Of a stretch of DNA of 64,000 nt, positions 11,969 to 21,506 are shown piece by piece. Made by a program: the position numbers and the translations under genes. Where the stretch lies: positions 320,001-384,000 of the forward strand of contig CAWDVP010000001.1 of assembly GCA_963805945.1 (NCBI GenBank), written 5' to 3'. Origin of the DNA: Vulcanimicrobiota bacterium (lineage in GTDB: Bacteria; Vulcanimicrobiota; Vulcanimicrobiia; Eremiobacterales; Eremiobacteraceae). The notes beneath the pieces are model-generated. The model searched no databases, was not told the origin of the DNA, and saw only the letters and a list, made by a program, of their open reading frames with translations. How positions within the stretch are numbered: the first letter of the stretch is position 1; each line of letters opens with the position of its first letter.

Positions 11969-12110
11969 CGACCGTTCGGCCGCCAGTGAATCCGTCGAGA
12001 TCTGCGCTCACCTCCTTATCAGAACTATCGTCTTTTCGAGGGTCGCGCGAAACGACATGCGTCCGGCAGGGCCGCACGCTTGTACTATGAGCCCCGTCAC
12101 ACGCATTTAT

Positions 12111-12136
12111 GTAGGGGCCGATCTTTAGATCGGCCC
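12111..12136 (+). repeat. REP-like palindrome family B copy (GTAG-GGGCCGATCT-TT-AGATCGGCCC)
   Basis: GTAG tag plus perfect hairpin. Related copies at 20287 and 57544. Confidence 0.8.
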
Positions 12137-13278
12137 TAGTACGGCGTGCACATGGGGTCGCCGATGACGATCTCTTTCCACACGATCTCGCTTAGGCCGG
12201 CATAAAAGGCTTCGGCCAGCGTCCGGCCGCTCGTATACGATTTGAACACGCTGGGCGGATCCGGGATCGCATTGAGGTAGGGCTCGGTGACGTCGCCGTG
12301 GACGCCGGTGACTCCCTGATGGATGAGGTCGGCGATCTGGCTCTGGCCGCCGCCCGGCGTGCGGATGTTGCTCGCCGAAGTGCTCACCGCGGTCTCGGCG
12401 ATTCCCCCCGGCACGAAATGCAGCGCGTGATACGCCGCCGCCGAATAATGGTAATCGTTGCTGCCCCAACTGACATAGCCGGAGAGCGCGGCAGCGGGCG
12501 CGACGAACGTCGTCGTCAGATCGATCTGGGCGTCGTAGCCGGCGGCGGCGAGCTGGCTTTGCGCGAGGATCATCGCTTGGTTGAAGGTGTCGTACGGTCC
12601 GGTCCGGTCCGGATCCTTATCGAAGAAGAATTCGCCGTGCGGGTGCGTGCCGTCGCCCGAGAGCCCGAGCTGGATGAGGCTCTGGACGTCGCTCACCGAT
12701 CGGCCGTCCAAGCGCGTCACCAGCACCATGTGGTATGTCGCCGACGAGAACGCCGTCGTCGTGCCGTAATAAGGATTGAAGAGCGCGCCGCTGCTCGGGA
12801 AAGCGCCCGTCGCTTGGCTAACGATGCCGTCGACGCTATAGCCGTCGAAGGTCTTGCCGGCGTCTTGCACGATGTACGGCATGCCGTAGATCATGACGAC
12901 GAAATCGATGCGCGTGCCGGCAGTCCCCAGCGTCTTGATCGCGTTCGCGACCGGCGTGAAGATCTGCGTCTGCAGGTTCGACTGGGTGATGCCGTAGCTG
13001 CTGATATTGTTGGTGAGCGGCAACGACAGCAGGTTGGCGGCCGGGATCTTGCGGCCGGTCATGTAGGTCGCCGCCAACTGGGTGCTCGAAGCGATGTTGG
13101 AGTTCGCCACCACGAGCACGTGCGCGGCGAGCGGATTGACGGGCTGGGGGGTGGCGGTGGGAGGAGGCGTGGGCATGCCGGGCAGCGCGGAATGGCTGCC
13201 GCCTCCGCAGGCGGTAAGGGCCATGGCGGACACGAGCGCGACCACAGCGCCGAGGCGCGAGAATCCCTTCACGTCCAC
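12136..13278 (-). CDS. TIGR03790-like lipoprotein
   Basis: Lipobox LTAC, Pro-rich linker, VLVVANSN, LVTRLDG, SWGSND, GVTGVHGDVTEPYL, VIGDP. Confidence 0.7.
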   Translation of the reverse strand: MDVKGFSRLGAVVALVSAMALTACGGGSHSALPGMPTPPPTATPQPVNPLAAHVLVVANSNIASSTQLAATYMTGRKIPAANLLSLPLTNNISSYGITQSNLQTQIFTPVANAIKTLGTAGTRIDFVVMIYGMPYIVQDAGKTFDGYSVDGIVSQATGAFPSSGALFNPYYGTTTAFSSATYHMVLVTRLDGRSVSDVQSLIQLGLSGDGTHPHGEFFFDKDPDRTGPYDTFNQAMILAQSQLAAAGYDAQIDLTTTFVAPAAALSGYVSWGSNDYHYSAAAYHALHFVPGGIAETAVSTSASNIRTPGGGQSQIADLIHQGVTGVHGDVTEPYLNAIPDPPSVFKSYTSGRTLAEAFYAGLSEIVWKEIVIGDPMCTPY

Positions 13279-13280
13279 TC

Positions 13281-13754
13281 CTATGGAGCGGTCGAATTCA
13301 TTCGACCGTCGATATCATACCGCAGCAGCGGTAGCACGCGCTGTGACGACGACTTGATCGTGCCCGCGCGAACGGCGCCCATCTTTAGATAGAAGCCTTC
13401 GGCATTGGGGTCGCTTTCGATGAGGAACGCCGCGTGGCCCGCACTGCCGGCCGTTTCGACCGCGTGTCGCCACAACGCTTTTCCGACCCCGCGGCCGATG
13501 CGCGTCGGATCCACCCACATATCGTCTAAGAACAGCCGGCCGTCGATATTGCAAAACGCGTAGAAGCCCGCGACGCCGTCTTCGTCCTCGGCGACGAAAG
13601 CGAGTGGGCCCGCCAGCTTCTCGGGTGTCTGCGTCAGCGCGTCGCGCACTCGCTCCATGAAGGTGGCATCGTACTCCCAATGAGCCTTCGAGCGCATGGC
13701 GAGGGCAGTGAGGTCGACCGCTTCCTCCGGCCTCGCCTTGCGGATTATAAGCAC
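13281..13754 (-). CDS. GNAT family N-acetyltransferase
   Basis: RSKAHWEY, WVDPTRIGRGVG, SDPNAEGFYLKMG. The last residues (GRMNSTAP) are encoded by a REP copy. Confidence 0.85.
   Translation of the reverse strand: MLIIRKARPEEAVDLTALAMRSKAHWEYDATFMERVRDALTQTPEKLAGPLAFVAEDEDGVAGFYAFCNIDGRLFLDDMWVDPTRIGRGVGKALWRHAVETAGSAGHAAFLIESDPNAEGFYLKMGAVRAGTIKSSSQRVLPLLRYDIDGRMNSTAP
13283..13308 (+). repeat. REP-like palindrome family A copy (ATGGAG-CGGTCGAA-N4-TTCGACCG)
   Basis: One of 8 near-identical copies in the window; inside the 3' end of the GNAT gene. Confidence 0.9.
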
Positions 13755-13842
13755 CGCGCGCTCTTTGGTGCCTCCACGCGCGGACCCTCGGCGCAGTAAC
13801 TTTGCCCTTGCGGTCGAACACACGCGAGCGTAGGAGGACTTA

Positions 13843-14436
13843 ATGTCGCTCGAACTTGCCAATGTGCTCGCGTCCATGTTCACCGCCTTGGTCATCGCCG
13901 CCACCGCCATCGCCGCATTGGGCCAGCTGCGGCACATGCGGATGGGCAATCAGATCACGGCGTTGCTCGCGCTGCAGAGCGAATTCGATACGCAGGAGTT
14001 CCGCGACGCGGAGGTGCTGGTGCGCCAAGACCTCGCGAGGATGATCGAGGACGAGTCCTTCTGCATCTTCCTGGTGACGTATTCTCGGAACAGGGAATCA
14101 GTCGCGCTTCGAAAGGACTACGTCCAGCTGCGTCAGGCGGCAAACCTCATCGCGAACACGTACGAGAACCTCGGTGCGTTGGTCAAGAACGGCATCATAG
14201 ACCGTCGCCTCTTCCTGGACATCTATTCCTGGATCGTCGCGGGAAGCTGGTCGCAGCTCGAAGGGTTTACGGCCATCGGACGCGCCGCCAGCGGCACGGA
14301 TTCGATCTTCGAGAACTTCGAGTACATCGCCGCGATATCGCGCGAATGGCTCGACACGAACCCGATAACCTATCCCGCTAACCAGGCTCGTCTCAACGCG
14401 AAGCTTCCTAAGGCTGCCGAGAACCTGTTCAAGTAG
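13843..14436 (+). CDS. DUF4760-like membrane-anchored protein
   Basis: SD AGGAGG; N-terminal TM helix; NTYENLGALVKNGIID...FENFEY pattern (recalled similarity, not searched). Confidence 0.65.
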   Translation: MSLELANVLASMFTALVIAATAIAALGQLRHMRMGNQITALLALQSEFDTQEFRDAEVLVRQDLARMIEDESFCIFLVTYSRNRESVALRKDYVQLRQAANLIANTYENLGALVKNGIIDRRLFLDIYSWIVAGSWSQLEGFTAIGRAASGTDSIFENFEYIAAISREWLDTNPITYPANQARLNAKLPKAAENLFK

Positions 14437-14507
14437 CCGACGGTCAGGCTCGAACTGACGACCTGCGGTTTACGAAACCGCTGCTCTACCAACTGAGCTA
14501 CGTCGGC
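14435..14507 (-). tRNA. tRNA-Thr (anticodon CGT)
   Basis: GCCGACGTAGCTCAGTTGGTAGAGCAGCGGTTTCGTAAACCGCAGGTCGTCAGTTCGAGCCTGACCGTCGGCT folds as a cloverleaf with GTTCGA T-loop. No encoded CCA. Confidence 0.96.
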
Positions 14508-14569
14508 GGAATGGTGCAAGCCGGGGGCAATGCTTTTCTTTCCCGCCATGCGACACGCCTGCGAACCCT

Positions 14570-16366
14570 TCACGCGGGCTGGATCTGCGCCGCCGCGAGC
14601 TGCGACTGCAGCGACTCCATCTCCCGCCTGATCGACTCCACTTCGCGCTTCATGGCCTCGGCGTCGAGGTGATCGTAGGCTGCTGAAGCGCCGGGCGCAA
14701 GCGCGGCGATGGTCTTGATCTCGTCCGGATCCAGGCCCTCGCCGTGGATATGGGAACCGTAGAACACGACAGCGGCAAGTTCTCGACGCACGATGATGGG
14801 CAAGGCCAGCACCGGATGCGACGGCCCCGAGGGCACACCCTGGGCGCGCCACGGATGATCGTACAGCGACACAGGCCCTTCCTCTGCTTGCAGCAGCATC
14901 AATAGGTGCCCGTCATCGTCGTCCAAGCGAGAGATATCGCTTGCGTTCCAACCCTCCGCCGCTTCACGGACGTATGCGCCGTCCTTACCGCGCCGGAAGA
15001 GAGCGGCGGAGGCGAGGCGGAGCGCCCGCACTGGCTCCTTGACCAATGCTTGGGCCACATGCTGCGCTGACGTCGCGAACGGCAGTGCCGCCGCATTGCG
15101 TGCGAGTTGGACCTCCGCCCGGTGACGTTGGCGGAAGAACGTCGCGTCGATCAACGAATCCACGCGCCTGTGCAGACCGTTGAACCACAGGCCGAAGGCG
15201 ACGACCGCGCCCACCTCCGCGATCGTCCCCAGTCGGGCCAGCCGCAGATAGTCGCTGAAGAACCAGTCGATGACGGAGAACACGGCGACGAGCAGCGTGG
15301 TCAGCACGCCGAACACGAGCGTGCGGCTCACGACGAAGCTCACATCGATGACGCGATGCTTGATCACCGCATAGGCGACGCTGAGCGGCACGATGATGGT
15401 GGCGAGCGCCAGCACGTGTGCGAGCCAGATCGGCTCGCTGGGCCAATACACGCCAAGGAAGAGCGCCACGTACTGTATGACCAGGTTGATCCCGAACCCG
15501 ACGACGATCCAGCGAATGCGCTGTCTATCCTCTCCGCGTGCGCGCATATAGGTGTTCACGAACAGGTACATCACCATGAGCGACCACAGCGCGGGTATGA
15601 CGACGTAGATGCGGGTGAACAGCTCGCCCGGTGGGCCGCCGATCCAGCCCCACTGATACTCCCAGCACAGTCCGAAGATGACCAGCGCCGCGAAAAGCCA
15701 CGGCATAGCTCGTAGCGCCGACGACCTCCATCCCTCGACTGGCTCATTGAGGAAACATAGGGCGAAGACGAGCAAGCCGACGATTCCGGCGGCAGAAAGC
15801 GCAAATTGGAGAGGATACTCCATATACGTCCAGGGGAACGGAAATAGGAGCTCTATGCTGTAGAACGTGAACGGAGCATTGGCCAAGCAATAGAGGAAGA
15901 ATCCCCAGGTCATCAGGCCTGGTCGGAGCAACACGAGCGCGGCGCCGAGGATGATGTAGAGCATGGCGACGGCAAGCACCGCGATGCGGTAGGCGGTGTA
16001 GTAACGTTCAGTGACCTGCGGCGTCGAGGTGAGCGTGACGGGCCGTGGGGCGCCGCCATGCTTCAACCCGAACGTGATGCTCTCGCCGGACGTCAGCGTG
16101 CCACCTTGTGCGGCGTAATACCTGAATCGCGCCGGCGTCGTTTGCAGGTCGATGATATCGCCGACCTGCATCCCGGCCTTTTCGGCGGCGGATCCGCCCT
16201 CGACGTAATTCACCACATCGTCGCCGTCGGTCGAGTAACCGAAGACGCCGATGGGGGTCCAAATACGCCGGAGGTCCAACCCGCCCGCCACAAGGACCAG
16301 CAGCGACAGCGCGACGACGACAAACATGCGTATTGAGGCTCGGTTTGACTGACTGTCTGTAGACAT
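14570..16366 (-). CDS. Membrane protein: PDZ-like + multi-TM + GAF-like domain + coiled-coil tail
   Basis: VEGGSAAEKAGMQVGDII (PDZ), about 8-9 hydrophobic helices, LALPIIVRRELAAVVFYG (GAF-like). Confidence 0.75.
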   Translation of the reverse strand: MSTDSQSNRASIRMFVVVALSLLVLVAGGLDLRRIWTPIGVFGYSTDGDDVVNYVEGGSAAEKAGMQVGDIIDLQTTPARFRYYAAQGGTLTSGESITFGLKHGGAPRPVTLTSTPQVTERYYTAYRIAVLAVAMLYIILGAALVLLRPGLMTWGFFLYCLANAPFTFYSIELLFPFPWTYMEYPLQFALSAAGIVGLLVFALCFLNEPVEGWRSSALRAMPWLFAALVIFGLCWEYQWGWIGGPPGELFTRIYVVIPALWSLMVMYLFVNTYMRARGEDRQRIRWIVVGFGINLVIQYVALFLGVYWPSEPIWLAHVLALATIIVPLSVAYAVIKHRVIDVSFVVSRTLVFGVLTTLLVAVFSVIDWFFSDYLRLARLGTIAEVGAVVAFGLWFNGLHRRVDSLIDATFFRQRHRAEVQLARNAAALPFATSAQHVAQALVKEPVRALRLASAALFRRGKDGAYVREAAEGWNASDISRLDDDDGHLLMLLQAEEGPVSLYDHPWRAQGVPSGPSHPVLALPIIVRRELAAVVFYGSHIHGEGLDPDEIKTIAALAPGASAAYDHLDAEAMKREVESIRREMESLQSQLAAAQIQPA

Positions 16367-16464
16367 GCATGATCCTATGCTTGCTTACGCGCGATCACGC
16401 CTGGTCGAAGAGTCGCCGGCGCTCTCGTGACTTTGACGCGGGCGAGGGTCTTTCTTACCGCTCG

Positions 16465-17076
16465 CTACGAGTCGCACGGCGGCAGTTTTCGCAGCGTATC
16501 CTCGCTGCGCTCGAGCGCGTCCTTCGCGGCCTGGACGCTTGCGGCGGCCGCCGGATCGAGCGCGGGCGGTACCCTGCCGGCTGCAAGTGCGGCAAGGTAC
16601 GCCCGCCGGCTCTTCGACAGCGCCAGCGAGTATAGGTCGAGCCCATGCACGTAGCGCACGACGTCATCCACCGCGGCCGAGGTCTGCACCGCATACGAGG
16701 CCGCGACCTCGGACTGCGCGCCTGCAAGGCCCGGCTCTTTGGTGTTGATGACAGCGGTGATCGCCTTGACCTCCGTGTTGGCGTCGGCGGCGACGGCTCG
16801 CCATGCCGGCCCGGGCGGCGCCACGGGCGGCTGCGCGAGGGTCGTCCGTTCCGTCGTCGTCACATAGGCGTTGAACGCGTCGTTCCAGGCCCTGAAAGCA
16901 GTGCGAAAATCTGCGATCGCGTGTCCGCAAGCGATGCCGTCGAACGTAGGGACCGGCGAAGGACCGGTCAGCGGGGTCGATGTCGCGTCCGCCCAGACAG
17001 CTGTCGGCACGCACAATAGCGCCACCGCGCAGAGGGCGGTGGATCGAACGCGTCGCGTTGCCGGTATCCTCGTCAC
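16465..17076 (-). CDS. Hypothetical secreted helical protein
   Basis: Signal peptide ending AVWA, Pro/Thr linker, Ala-rich amphipathic helices, two Cys. Confidence 0.6.
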   Translation of the reverse strand: MTRIPATRRVRSTALCAVALLCVPTAVWADATSTPLTGPSPVPTFDGIACGHAIADFRTAFRAWNDAFNAYVTTTERTTLAQPPVAPPGPAWRAVAADANTEVKAITAVINTKEPGLAGAQSEVAASYAVQTSAAVDDVVRYVHGLDLYSLALSKSRRAYLAALAAGRVPPALDPAAAASVQAAKDALERSEDTLRKLPPCDS

Positions 17077-17172
17077 TGGGATGCCTCTTGCGGAGCCGCG
17101 CGTTCATTCCTTGCCGAGCGGATCGGCTGCGCACAGGCCCTCACGGCTCTCGAGCAAAACCATCGGCACAGC

Positions 17173-18768
17173 ATGAACGTCCCTCTTCTTCCAGTGCTGC
17201 TCGCTTCGCTGTTCGTGCTCGGCGTCGTCGCCTGGCCGTTGACGGTGCAACAGCGGCCGCAGTTCTTAGCGCCCAGCGATCGCATCGTGTCGAGCACGAG
17301 CGGGGCCGACCTTGCATGCCGCGTCTCGTACGACGGCTTTGTTTGGTACCGCGTCGGCCCCGGCCGCTTCCCGCCGATCGCGGCGCTGCATGAGGACTGC
17401 CCTTCGGGCGTGCGCCTCGTCGGTGAGCGTTTCCCGGAGATCCCTCGCTGGGCCAAGCCCGACGGCCCGACGCACGCGCTGTTCACCGTCGTCTCCCTGT
17501 ATGAGCTCGTCTCCCCGGACGGCATGGATCGGCTGGCCTCCATCGCGCACCAGTACCGCATACCGGTGACCTGGATGACCGGCCAGCCGCTCACGTTCGA
17601 CACCGCCGCTGGGCTCTACGAGCGCTTCCATCGCGATTTCGGCGATGACCTGCAGACGCGGCCGACCAATCACAACCCCTATACGCCGGATACGCCGACG
17701 CGAACGGAATTCGCCCCGCTCGCGCACTCGAAGTTCAACTGGTTCGTCCCCTCGGTCGCGATCGAGGGATCCGGCTACGCCCGCGATATCCATACAGACA
17801 TGGCCGAAGGCTACCGCGCCTTCTGGGGCATCGCGTGGAACTCGCACGGATTGGATAGCGACTACGACGAGGGCACGCCGTGGGGCGCCTACTGCGCCGA
17901 CGCGGCGTCGTTCAAGCGGCCATCCCCAACAGGCGAGTGCACGCTCGTCGGCCTTGAGTGGACCGCGCGCGACCTCACGCGCGCAGCCATCAGCGATCAT
18001 GAGGAGTTCTACTCGACCGATCCCGACGATCTGCAGGTCGCGGGATTCGGCGCGAGCGACGGCGCGGCGTACGTGCGCGCGTTGGTGGATGCCTATGCGG
18101 CGGCGGGCCAAATCACGCCGCTGGTCATGGTCGTGCAGCAAGAGGCGGATCAGATGCAGCATCCGCCGCCTGGGTCAACGCTTGGGACCTCGGCCGCGAT
18201 CCTCAACGCGCTGTACAATCAGGCGCGAATCGACGGTATGCGGTCGGTGACGCTCGCAGCCGCGGCGCGCGACGCGGCGCGTTTTCCTCGGAGCCCGCGC
18301 GCGATCGCCTTCCCGTACATCGCGAGCATCGCGATGCCCGAGGCGTGGGCACCGTGGTCGCCGCGCGGCCCGCTGCCCGCGACGATCGATTATCATGATG
18401 CGTCGGCTGGAATGAGTTTCATCGCCGGGCGCACCACGCCGGTGCGCGTGTTCCTCTACGCTCGGGCGCGCACGAGCGCGACGCGGCTCACATTGCCGCG
18501 CCTGCAGATATCAGAGATGCCGCAACTCGTGTTTGCAAACTTTCACGGCGGCGCGCTGACGCTGCGTTTCGACTCGCCGGTCGCGACGCGCTTTGGGGTG
18601 GCGCTATGGAGTGACCCGGCCTTTGTGCGCTGGACAGCACAGCATGCGGACGTGACCTATGCGGGCAGGGCGGCCGCGGTGGCGGCGTTCGATCTGCGGC
18701 GCGGCGTCAATGAGATCGTGCTGCGCTGCACCGGCTGCGACAGTGCGACGTTCCCGGTCGCGCCCTAG
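17173..18768 (+). CDS. Hypothetical secreted protein, possible carbohydrate esterase/hydrolase-like barrel
   Basis: 531-aa ORF with signal peptide; IPVTW, FWGIAWNSHGLDSDYDEGTPWGAY and GLEWTARDL motifs. Confidence 0.65.
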   Translation: MNVPLLPVLLASLFVLGVVAWPLTVQQRPQFLAPSDRIVSSTSGADLACRVSYDGFVWYRVGPGRFPPIAALHEDCPSGVRLVGERFPEIPRWAKPDGPTHALFTVVSLYELVSPDGMDRLASIAHQYRIPVTWMTGQPLTFDTAAGLYERFHRDFGDDLQTRPTNHNPYTPDTPTRTEFAPLAHSKFNWFVPSVAIEGSGYARDIHTDMAEGYRAFWGIAWNSHGLDSDYDEGTPWGAYCADAASFKRPSPTGECTLVGLEWTARDLTRAAISDHEEFYSTDPDDLQVAGFGASDGAAYVRALVDAYAAAGQITPLVMVVQQEADQMQHPPPGSTLGTSAAILNALYNQARIDGMRSVTLAAAARDAARFPRSPRAIAFPYIASIAMPEAWAPWSPRGPLPATIDYHDASAGMSFIAGRTTPVRVFLYARARTSATRLTLPRLQISEMPQLVFANFHGGALTLRFDSPVATRFGVALWSDPAFVRWTAQHADVTYAGRAAAVAAFDLRRGVNEIVLRCTGCDSATFPVAP

Positions 18769-18769
18769 A

Positions 18770-18795
18770 CGGTCGAGTAAACTCGACCGCTCCAT
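18770..18795 (-). repeat. REP-like palindrome family A copy with compensatory change (GAG/CTC)
   Basis: CGGTCGAGTAAACTCGACCGCTCCAT between convergent genes. Confidence 0.88.
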
Positions 18796-18807
18796 AGGCC
18801 GTCGGAA

Positions 18808-20157
18808 TTAATACTCCTGGTGGACCAGATCGAGGTCCGAGAAGGACGTGAATTTCTTGTCGAAGCGCAGGTTCACGATGCCGATCGGCCCGTTGCGCTG
18901 CTTGGCGATGATGAGCTCGGCGATGTTCTCGTTCTCCGGCGTCGGCGGGTTGTAGACGTCATCGCGGTAGATGAACGCCACCACGTCCGCCTCTTGCTCG
19001 ATGCCGCCCGATTCGCGCAGGTCTGAGAGCACGGGCCGCTTGTCGTTGCGCATCTCGGGCGAGCGGTTGAGCTGGGCCAGCGCGATGACCGGCACCTTGA
19101 GCTCCTTGGCCAGCGTCTTGAGGCCGCGGCAGATATCGTCGATGATCTCGACGCGATTGGTCGCCTTGGGGTTGTTCGACTGGAGCAGCTGCAGGTAGTC
19201 CACGATGATGAGGTCGAGCCCTTGTTTGGCGTGAAGGCGACGGGCGCGCGAGCGGACCTCGCTCACCCTGAGCGCTGCGGAGTCGTCGATGTGGATCGAC
19301 AGGTCCGCTAGCTCGCCCATCGCGGCGGAAATCTTGCCCCAATCGTCGTCTTTGATGCTGCCGGTGCGCAGGCGTTGCGCGTCGATCTGCGCTTCGGAGC
19401 TGAGCAGCCGTTGCACGAGCTGATTGCTGCTCATCTCGAGCGAGAACAGCGCCACCGCTTTGCCCGCCTGCTTGGCCGCGTGCACGCCGACGTTGAGCGC
19501 GAACGACGTCTTGCCCATGGAAGGCCGAGCCGCGATGATGATGAGCTCGCCGGGCTGGAAGCCGGCGGTGTACTGGTCGAACGACTTGAAGCCCGATGGG
19601 ATGCCGGTGATCTGGCCCTGCTGGTGGTAGAGCTTGTTGATCTGCTCGAAGGCGGGCTTAAGCAGGTCCTTGACGAGCGTGAAACCGCCCGAATGGCGGT
19701 GCCCGATCTGGAAGATCATCTGCTCGCACTGGTCGAGCGTCTCTTCGACGTTCTCGGTGGGCTCGAAGCCCATCACCGAGATGCGACCGCCCGCGGTGAT
19801 GAGCGAACGCAGCACCGCCTTTTCGGCGACGACCTTCGCGTAGTACTCGGCCGAGGCGGTGGTGGGCACCGCGTTGAGCAGCTGGGTGAGGAAATCGAGT
19901 CCGCCGACCTCGTCGAGCAGGCGCCGGCGTCGCAGCTCTTCCGCGACCGACACCTTGTCCACCGGCTCGCCGCGCTCGTAGAGCGCGACGACGACGTCGT
20001 ACAGCGTGGCGTGGTGCGGCGCGTAGAAATCCTCGCGCCGGACGATCTCGCTCACCACCGGGATGATCTCGCGGTCGACCATCAACGCGCCGAGCACGGC
20101 CTGCTCGGCGTCGAGGTTCTGCGGCGGGATGCGGTCGATCGGGGAGAGCAATGCCAT
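18808..20157 (-). CDS. dnaB: Replicative DNA helicase
   Basis: PPQNLDAEQAVLG, AARPSMGKT, FSLEM, VDYLQL, SDLRESGGIEQEAD, KQRNGP. No intein. Confidence 0.98.
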   Translation of the reverse strand: MALLSPIDRIPPQNLDAEQAVLGALMVDREIIPVVSEIVRREDFYAPHHATLYDVVVALYERGEPVDKVSVAEELRRRRLLDEVGGLDFLTQLLNAVPTTASAEYYAKVVAEKAVLRSLITAGGRISVMGFEPTENVEETLDQCEQMIFQIGHRHSGGFTLVKDLLKPAFEQINKLYHQQGQITGIPSGFKSFDQYTAGFQPGELIIIAARPSMGKTSFALNVGVHAAKQAGKAVALFSLEMSSNQLVQRLLSSEAQIDAQRLRTGSIKDDDWGKISAAMGELADLSIHIDDSAALRVSEVRSRARRLHAKQGLDLIIVDYLQLLQSNNPKATNRVEIIDDICRGLKTLAKELKVPVIALAQLNRSPEMRNDKRPVLSDLRESGGIEQEADVVAFIYRDDVYNPPTPENENIAELIIAKQRNGPIGIVNLRFDKKFTSFSDLDLVHQEY

Positions 20158-20286
20158 GATGTTCCATTACATCACGCGGCGGCTATGCCTGGCAAGCGCT
20201 GCGGAGAATTATTCTGTGGAATGCTGTGGACGGAAACTGGGGATTATGCGAATAGTGTCAGCGGCGATGGCACGCCACAATATATA

Positions 20287-20311
20287 GGGCCGACCTGAAG
20301 GTCGGCCCTAC
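20287..20311 (-). repeat. REP-like palindrome family B copy
   Basis: Minus strand GTAGGGCCGACCTTCAGGTCGGCCC, downstream of rplI. Confidence 0.8.
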
Positions 20312-20326
20312 ATAGACTTCGTGTGG

Positions 20327-20773
20327 TTATTCCGCGACGACGCGCACCGTGATCTTCGCGCTCACGCCGGGGACGAGCTTGGCGACCACGACGTGATCGC
20401 CCGCCGCCTTGATCGGCTCTTCGAGCTCGATCTTATGACGGTCGATCTCGATGCCCAGGCCCGATTGCACAGCCTCGGCGACCTGTGCATTGGTGATCGC
20501 GCCGAAGAGCTTGCCGCTCTCGCCCGCCTTGGCGGGGACGATGACCGGACGGCTCTCCAATGTGGCGGCCAGCGCTTGCGCCTCCGCGAGGGCGAATGCG
20601 ACGCGCTTGTCCTGCTTCTTGCGCTGGCTCTCCGCCTGTGCGAGGTTGCCCTTGGTGGCTTCGACCGCGAAGCCGCGCGGCAACAGGAAGTTGCGCCCGT
20701 GGCCGTCCGCGACGTTGTGGATCTCGCCCGCTTTGCCCAGGCCCTTGACGTCCTGCGTGAGGATGATCTTCAC
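20327..20773 (-). CDS. rplI: 50S ribosomal protein L9
   Basis: [34 protein letters not shown]. Confidence 0.98.
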   Translation of the reverse strand: MKIILTQDVKGLGKAGEIHNVADGHGRNFLLPRGFAVEATKGNLAQAESQRKKQDKRVAFALAEAQALAATLESRPVIVPAKAGESGKLFGAITNAQVAEAVQSGLGIEIDRHKIELEEPIKAAGDHVVVAKLVPGVSAKITVRVVAE

Positions 20774-20775
20774 GG

Positions 20776-21039
20776 CTACTCGTTCGCGAAGGTCAGCAAG
20801 GCGATGACCCGCGCCCGCTTGACCGCGGACGTGAGCGCGCGCTGGTGCTTGGCGCAGGTGCCCGAGATGCGGCGCGGCACGATCTTGCCGCGCTCGGAGA
20901 CGTACTTGCGCAGTTTGGGCACGTCTTTGTAATCGATCTCGGTCACTTTGTCGACGCAGAACGAACAGACCTTACGCTTGAGCTTGCGATCGGCGCCGTC
21001 TTTCTTCTTCTTCTTAGGCCGTTTTAGTCTTGGGGGCAT
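20776..21039 (-). CDS. rpsR: 30S ribosomal protein S18 (Zn-binding C+ type)
   Basis: [29 protein letters not shown]. Confidence 0.98.
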   Translation of the reverse strand: MPPRLKRPKKKKKDGADRKLKRKVCSFCVDKVTEIDYKDVPKLRKYVSERGKIVPRRISGTCAKHQRALTSAVKRARVIALLTFANE

Positions 21040-21060
21040 CGCGGTGTCCGTGGTCCTTTC

Positions 21061-21489
21061 TTAGAAGGGGACTTCTTCTTCCGACGCGGCGTCGTACTTG
21101 TATTCGGGCAGTTCGCCTGGCGCTGCCGCCGGCGCGCGTTCTGCGCCGCCCGCGCCACCCGGGCGCGAGTCGAGCATCTGGAAGTCGTCCGCCTGGACCT
21201 CGACCGCGGTACGTTTGTTGTTGTCTTTGTCCATGTACTCGCGGATCTGCAGGCGCCCGGCGATGAGCACGAGACGGCCTTTCTGCAAGAACTCCGCGGC
21301 GCGCTCGGCGCGTTGGCGCCACACGCTCACGCCGAAGAAATCGGTCGTCTTCTCGACCGCGTCGCGGCCCTTTGGCCGATCGACGGCGATGCGGAACGAC
21401 GTCACCGGAATGCCGGCTTGCGTCTGACGGAGCTCCGGGTCGGCGACGAGCCGCCCGACGAGGACGATGTGGTTATAGGAACCGGCCAC
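21061..21489 (-). CDS. ssb: Single-stranded DNA-binding protein
   Basis: LVGRLVADPELR, OB fold, acidic C-terminus EEEVPF. Confidence 0.97.
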   Translation of the reverse strand: MAGSYNHIVLVGRLVADPELRQTQAGIPVTSFRIAVDRPKGRDAVEKTTDFFGVSVWRQRAERAAEFLQKGRLVLIAGRLQIREYMDKDNNKRTAVEVQADDFQMLDSRPGGAGGAERAPAAAPGELPEYKYDAASEEEVPF

Positions 21490-21506
21490 GAGAGATACCT
21501 CCGATT

